64,000 bases of DNA from the human T2T-CHM13v2.0 reference genome, Homo sapiens. Where the stretch lies: the NCBI RefSeq assembly GCF_009914755.1, contig NC_060925.1; one strand, given 5' to 3'. The number at the start of each line of letters is the position of its first letter. Within the stretch, counting starts at the first letter, position 1. Below the pieces are notes generated by a model that was not told the DNA's origin, searched no databases, and was given only the letters and a program-made list of their open reading frames with translations. Position numbers and translations under genes: made by a program. Below, piece after piece: positions 38,534 through 64,000 of this stretch.

Positions 38534-40194
38534 GTCTTAATTCTTTTGTGTTTTTTTTTTTTTTTTTTTTTTTTAAGACAAGATTTTGGTCTGTCACCCA
38601 GGCTGGAGGGCAGTGGATGCTGGGAACTTTAGACCAAAAGAGACAGGAGGTTATCCTGCAGCCTTGTGCCTGAGTATGTGTGTGACATCTTCTCACATGG
38701 CTGTGGCTGGAGTCTGGGTATAAGGGAACCAGGGCAGGTGGAGGCAGGATCATGGATGGGGCCTGGAGAAAGGCTGGGGTGAGCAGACCAAACTGAGACC
38801 CCAAGCATAGAACGGGAGTCCAGCCTGGGCCCTGGATGCCCTCACTCCATCACTTTCCTCCCTCCCTTCCTTGCTCTATAAATTGTACTTGAATGACACA
38901 GGTCAATGTGCCCCGCTCCAGCAATCTTTCCATCTGTCTGGAAGGAGAGGGCTGGGATGGGAGGGACTGGGAGCAGCAATGCTGGAGCAGCAATGCTAGG
39001 TCAGCACTGAGGCCCCTGGGCCCCTCAGTTTTCCCACATCCCGAATGTGGCCACCTCTGGGGAGAACAGCATTCCACCCACGGTAGTGAGCTGGAGAGGA
39101 GGTTAGGGTCGATTTGAGACCTGGATGCTTCTACCCAAGTCCTGTGCCTGCAATTCTAGTGGCTGTCACCTGGCAGATAGTGTTGTTGACAGTGGTGTCT
39201 GGGGCTTTCCTGAGAACTGGAGAGAAGTGTTCTCTTATGTCAGATGAGAGAGAGCCTTGTTAGGGTCCTGTTCACCTGGCTTCTGGGAACTGAGCCTGTG
39301 GAGGTGGGGAGAGAAGTCCTAGAATGAGTGTGTGTGGGCTCTGGAGGCAGCATGACATTGCATGTCATTGTGATTGTAGGTGTCAAGCATGTATGTAGTA
39401 AATCTAGTGAAAAGCCTTTTCCCTCAAGAGAGCCATGTGAAGAGGTCACTGAGGAACAGCAGGGAATATGGGTGAATCTAGCTGAAAGCAGGAGTTTGAC
39501 AGAGACTATCAGGGACCAGGACTTGGGAAGAGGCTGTCGGGGAGGAGGAGAGAGACCCAGACTCCTGGGGCTGGAGTGCAGGGAGGCACTGACCTCAAAG
39601 CCACACTAGCTGCTCCAGAACACATCCTTGATGTACATCGGGCAAGAGAGACAAATGCCAAGCCTTCCTGAAGCTTCTTGAGAAACTAAATAAGATGAAG
39701 CCCATCCCTCCTGTGTCCTTGCGCCCACCCCTTCCTGAGGCCGTGTGGTGCCGCAGCAGGAGCCTTCACTGTTGATCTGATGTTCTAATCCTGCCTTGCT
39801 TTCATTAGCTGTGTGACCTTAGGAAGACTCGCAACCTTTCTGAGCTTCAGTTTCCTCATCTGGAAAATGGAGCTGTTAAGATCTACCTCACAGGGCTATT
39901 GTAGACATGAGATGAAGCATGTGAAATTTCGCAGCGTGCCTGGCACGTGCCAGGCACTCACTACATGATCCATTTTGTTTATATTTGGATTATTTCCCTA
40001 AAAAATTCTTCAGGAAAAAAAAAACCCTTGTCTCCTCTGAGCAAAGAAGCATGGGGCTGTGCACATTCACCCCATCTTGTTTTGGGTGGAGCCAAGACCA
40101 GTGCCCCAGTGTTGGGGGGCAGTTCTGGTTTTGAGGAGCAGGGAGGGGTGGAGTGGGCAGGGGTGAGGAGAGGAGTTGGCTTGGGAAGGGGCTA

Positions 40195-40434
<240 letters not shown>

Positions 40435-40794
40435 TTACCATGGTGATGAGGCATAAGCCTCAGAACAATCCAGTCCTTCACTACCAAAGGGATGCTGGGG
40501 GGTCCTTAAGCCTGATCATCACTTTGGGGTGGGCTGAAAGGTGATAGGAGTGAGGGTTCAGAACACCTTCCTCCCTGCCAAGGAGGCCCTTCCCTCTAGC
40601 GGCTCAAGCTCCTGCACCTTCTCCATGTGGAGAAGATGGTGGGATCAGAATCCAGACTGCCACCCCTAGCCTTGGAGGGCAAGGAAGTCCTGGAGCCCGA
40701 GTCACCTCTTCCAAGGATCCCCATCTGGAGCTTGCCCTGGCCCATGGCATTCCTGGGCTACAGAGAAGGAATGCTTTTCACTCCCCTTCCCTGA

Positions 40795-41455
<661 letters not shown>

Positions 41456-41494
41456 TATTTTTTATTTCTAAATATTTATTATCATTATTTTTAA

Positions 41495-41861
<367 letters not shown>

Positions 41862-43164
41862 TAAGCCAAGTCTAGCCAAATAATCAAAGACAATGATGAA
41901 TTTAGGGATAGGCGCTCACCCCATGCTCTGCCCCTGAGAATCACCCTAGATATTTGCTGGAACAATCAGAACAGAGCTGCTATCCTGCCAGGATACCTGA
42001 ATGGGTGTGGTGTGAGCTTGGAGCTGTTGGTGGCTGCCTTGGCCACCTCAGGTGGATGGCCCGCCTGAGGAGAAAGCCATAGCTAAGGTACAGAGAGAGT
42101 GTGTGTGGGAGGAAGACTGAACACACAAGGGAATGTCCTGAGCCATCTTTCAGGCCTCTGAATACAGCCATGCCTAAAGCTGGTTCTCCCTCCTTGTCCT
42201 GCTGATTTTTGTCATTTGCAACAAAGAGTCCTAACTACAACAGAAGAGGAGAGAAGAGGGTCTGGCTGGGGAGGGGGAGGGAATATTCAGATAAAGTGAG
42301 AAGATATAAGAAGCCTTTTTCCAGGCAGGGAGGCAGGAGGAGGTGGAGCTGATGCTACCACACAGATGGCAAGGCTTGGGCAGAGACCAAGGAAGCTGCA
42401 GGCTTGGGTAAGGTGGTGAGGGAAGCCTGGTGGTGCCAGGCCCAACCTTGGCATTTACCCACTTGGCACCAGCCTGCCTCTTGTCGGTGACTCCCCTCCC
42501 AGGGATGTGCAGATTGTAAAGCTCATCTCTCACTGGATGCTCCTTGGCAGAAAGGCAGAGCTGGAATCATTATTTCATTTTGAGGAAAGAGAACATGAGG
42601 CTCAGAGAGGGGAAGTGACTTGTCCAAGGTCACACAGCAGGTTGGTGGCAGAATAGGCCTTTCTCAGCCACCTGTCCCATCTTGGCACCACCTTTTCCCA
42701 TCTTGGCACTGGTAAGGGAGTCAAGAGGTGTAAATTGTGGTGGGAAGTCTGCCTCTGACTCCTGGGTGACTTTGGGCAGCCCACTTTCCCCGCTGGGTTT
42801 GGGGCTCCTCTTCCATGCATGGAAGTCACTGGACTAGGTAATCTCCAAGGGCCCTTCCAGCCTTGACTTCCATCAGCTGCTGGCCTTGGGGGAGAAACTC
42901 CCCAGGCTTGTCCAGGGGCCTCTGCCACGGTCTCTGTCTGCTGCTCCTATCCCACACTTCCTCCACTCCACTCTTCCTCCTTCCACCCTGACTCTGCCTG
43001 GCCTTGGGAGCCTTGGTGTTCTGGGGTCCAGCTTGATGTTCTTGACTCAGCTGTTACCTGGCCCTAAGGGAGAAGGTCTCCATCAGAGGACGGAGGAGGC
43101 TGTGACAGAGCAATCCAGGCTCATGGTGCAGCTGAGGAGGCACCCTGCCAAATATTTCCACCTA

Positions 43165-50172
<7,008 letters not shown>

Positions 50173-52145
50173 GTGCTTATCATTGGCAAACACACTCTTT
50201 TACACACTATTTAGTTATGGTCTGTCTCCTGCAGTGGATGGCAAGCTTTGTGAGGGCAGGAATTTCTGCTTGTGTGGTTCACTGCCGTATTTTCAGTGGT
50301 GAGACCAGTGCTTGGCACACTCCAGGTGCTAAAACCAAATTCTCCACCTTCCTTGGCTACTACCCCATTCTAGAGCAGCAGGCCCCTAACTATTAGAGTG
50401 CCCCAAAGCTACATCCCAGGCCCTCTTCATGCCACACTTATCCCAGGAAACGCATGCCCACCCAAGCTTCAGTGACTACCTGCTCACGTGCAGCCCCCAG
50501 CTGCATTCTAACCAATGACTCAGTGAACAGCTCATTGTGAACTCCATATGCCCAAACCTGGTCCATGTCCAGTGTTTTGGGCCCCACGATGTGTCCAGCC
50601 GCTTGAGCTAGGAACCTAAACTTTAGGTTTCAGTCTCCCTCATGCTCCCCACTTGTTCCACGTCCCCCACTCGCCGCAGCCCATCCTCAAGCCCTGGCTC
50701 TCTGGGATCTTCCAAATCTCTCATATCTGGCCACTTTTTTCCGTCCACTTTCTTTCACCTAGCAATGCCAACCCCCCTGCCCTCCACCCTACTTCAAACC
50801 TAACTGGCCCTTCTGCTCTCCAGAGTGGGGCCTCCCTGAGGCTCCCTGCTGCCCTTCCCCCTGCCCTTCGCTCCCCGCCCCCACCCCTAATTATTTATTT
50901 ATCAGGTAGCTGCCAGCTGAAGGGGGATGCCGTTGCCATAGGAACCTTCAGCCCCGAGTCAGGGCTGCCTCTGTTCTCAGTAGGATGCTCTTGTCTGTCT
51001 AGACGCCAACCCCAGGAGCCCACACAAGGTGGGGAGTGAGGGACAAGGGCTGAATAATGCAGATGGGCCCACCCTAGCTCCAGGAAGCTGGCTGGGAGAG
51101 AAGGTAGCGTAGGGCCCAGGCTCAGGGCCATTGAACCCATCAGAAGTCTCTCGTGCCCCACCCTTGCCAGCCAATTTGGCAAGTCAACTACTTTCCTGGC
51201 CAAAATTCCAGCCATGTCACCATAGGCCTTAGACACAGAAGTCAGCCTGTCTGGGGAAAGATGAGGGATGGACCCTTGAAGTTTCTGGAGAAAGCTTTGG
51301 TCCAGCCTGGTTCTGTCTCTCTCACTGACTTCAGTCCACTGAGGGACGAGCTCTCCATTTAAGGACAGGGAGGCCTGAGTTCCAGCCCCAGTTCTCATCG
51401 ACTCACTGTGTGACCTTCGGCAAGTTATCCCCCTCTCTGAGCCTCAGTTTTCTCATTAGTGAAATGTCCTGAGGATTCAGACAGTGCCCATAAAGCTCGC
51501 AGCCAGCCGGATGTCTGGCACGCAGTTGGTGCTGACTATATGGCAACAGCTTTTGTTGCATCCCCAACCTCAGACCCCCCTTTTCCCAATGGATTTCTGA
51601 GGCAGCTGACAAAATTAAACTCGACTCAACCCCTCATCTGTGAAATGAGGGAGTGGGATGAAAGCCGCAGACAACAGAGCTGGAAGGACCCCTGAGATCT
51701 GCTGGCCCAACCCCCTCATTAGGGAGGTGAGCAAACTGACAGCAGAGGGGGCAGTGATGTGCCTGAGGGGAGGTGCTCCTCCCTCTCCCCATCTCCGGGG
51801 GTCCATCTGGGGTCATTGCCATCTGAGCATGAGTTGAAATGAGATTTAACTCAACATAAGATTAAAAGGAACAGTCACAGAGACCAAGTGGTCTTTGACC
51901 CTGCCAAAGAAGATGGGCCCAGTAAGGACTCAATTCATTGAGCAAATATTTCTTGAGCACCTACAATGTGCCGGGCCCTGGACATATGGCAGTGAACAAC
52001 ATGGCGTGTATCCTGCCTCAGAGAGCTCGTCTGGAGACAGAGACCACTGTCCTCTGGGAGCTGATGAGCTGATGATGGGGGCTTCTCTGCCAGGTTCCCC
52101 TCCACTGTGCCTAGGGACCTGTGAAGATGCCTCCCTGGTCCCCGA

Positions 52146-52271
52146 ACACACACACACGCACACACATGCACACACACACGCACACACACACACATGCACA
52201 CGTGCACACACGCACGCGCACGCACGAACACATGCGCGCACACGCATTCACACACACGCACGCACGCACAC
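52146..52271 (+). repeat. Compound (CA)n/(CG)/(TG) alternating purine-pyrimidine tract, ~125 bp
   Basis: Read directly. Confidence 0.95.
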
Positions 52272-52614
52272 CCCTCTCTCCTGTCTTTCTTCCAGGGCTT
52301 TTGCAGCCTTGCTGCCTCTCTATCCCAGCCCGGATCCCACTGGGAAATGGCCACGGCCATCACTGTTAGGTGAAAAAAGCAAGCTGCAGAGCAACATGAT
52401 TCCGTTCGTGTAAACACCTCCCCTAAAAGGCACCAAACGCGTGCGACTGTAAACACAGGACCAAAAGCCAGGGAGTTATCTCATAACAATAAACAGTTAT
52501 GAGATGTTATTTCTAGGGAGTGGGGAGATGGGGAGACTTTGAATCTTAACTATATGCACTTCTATAGTTCCGGAATGTCTTACAACAAAGTTGGACCAGA
52601 AGTCTCCTCTCTCT

Positions 52615-62177
<9,563 letters not shown>

Positions 62178-62406
62178 TCACAATGGCTGATCCAGCATCA
62201 TCCAACACATCATCCAGCATTCTACTCTGAAATAGAGCCTCCTCCTTAGTTCACGCCCACCAAATTCAGGGTAGAATGATGCTTTGCAGAAATGCATTAT
62301 GTCTTAGTAATGCATCTCTTAGGGCTCAGCGCCCTCCTTTTCCCAAGCCAGCAGGTACAAGAACTGCAACCTCAGAAGCCAGCCATACCCACGGGCCACA
62401 AAGCTA

Positions 62407-62793
<387 letters not shown>

Positions 62794-63122
62794 CAGTAGG
62801 TCACTCAACACAGCTGAGCCCGTTTCCTCATCTGAAATGGAGATCATTTCTAACAGAACCCACATCTGTGCATCAGGCCAGGGAAAGGTTGACAGGGGTG
62901 AGTAAGGAGAAAGGGTCCAACCCTGAAGTTAGGGACATGGACATTTAGAATCCCTGAAGGAAGGGCCTGGGGAGGCTGGGCTCCATCAGCTGTTGTGAGT
63001 CCTCTCCATTCTTACCTGATTTGTTCAACTAGTAAATATTTATTGGATGTCAATCATAACACTAGACAGTGGAGACAAAGCAGTGGACAAAGGCAAAAGC
63101 AGACATAGCCCCTGTCTTGACA

Positions 63123-63946
<824 letters not shown>

Positions 63947-64000
63947 TTAGCCAGGCGTGGTGACGCATGCCTGTAGTCCTAGCTACTCAGGAGGCTGAGG

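Noticed and set aside
51895-52456. His-Thr and Cys-Val repeat ORFs
   Set aside because: Translations of the CA/TG microsatellite

Overview
This is a hominid (human-like) genomic window that is very Alu-dense. The only protein-coding gene I can support is NKAIN1 (Na+/K+-ATPase beta-subunit-interacting protein 1) on the minus strand. Coding exons 2-7 are present (40344-40207, 37483-37403, 36170-35973, 34744-34684, 34095-34014, 33866-33857), all with GT-AG boundaries. They splice to ...[18 protein letters not shown]...[11 protein letters not shown], followed by a ~2 kb 3'UTR ending at an ATTAAA (31918-31923). Exon 1 lies beyond the right end, so 40345-64000 is intron 1. The left half is intergenic. 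It holds an orphan CpG island (~6.9-7.8 kb) abutting an ERV1-class LTR, an LTR8A with four Alu insertions, and a full-length SVA (27916-29819). Older L1, L2, MIR, MLT, MER20, MER94 and MADE1 fossils are scattered throughout. Nearly all other ORFs in the track are Alu, SVA or GC-rich artefacts. I cannot demonstrate a wholly new system. The best leads are: (i) an exon-5-skipping, NMD-immune alternative reading frame of NKAIN1 that reads a hexamer repeat as DADLDVDLDLDLDL, with an RE1/NRSE 45 nt from that exon; (ii) a possible two-exon transcript from the orphan CpG island, ended by an LTR-derived AATAAA; (iii) inverted AluSp copies around phase-0 exons that predict stop-less circRNAs; (iv) an Alu with a twin-priming 5' inversion; (v) an SVA without a TSD next to an inverted-Alu junction. 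All repeat subfamily calls and motif matches were made by eye.
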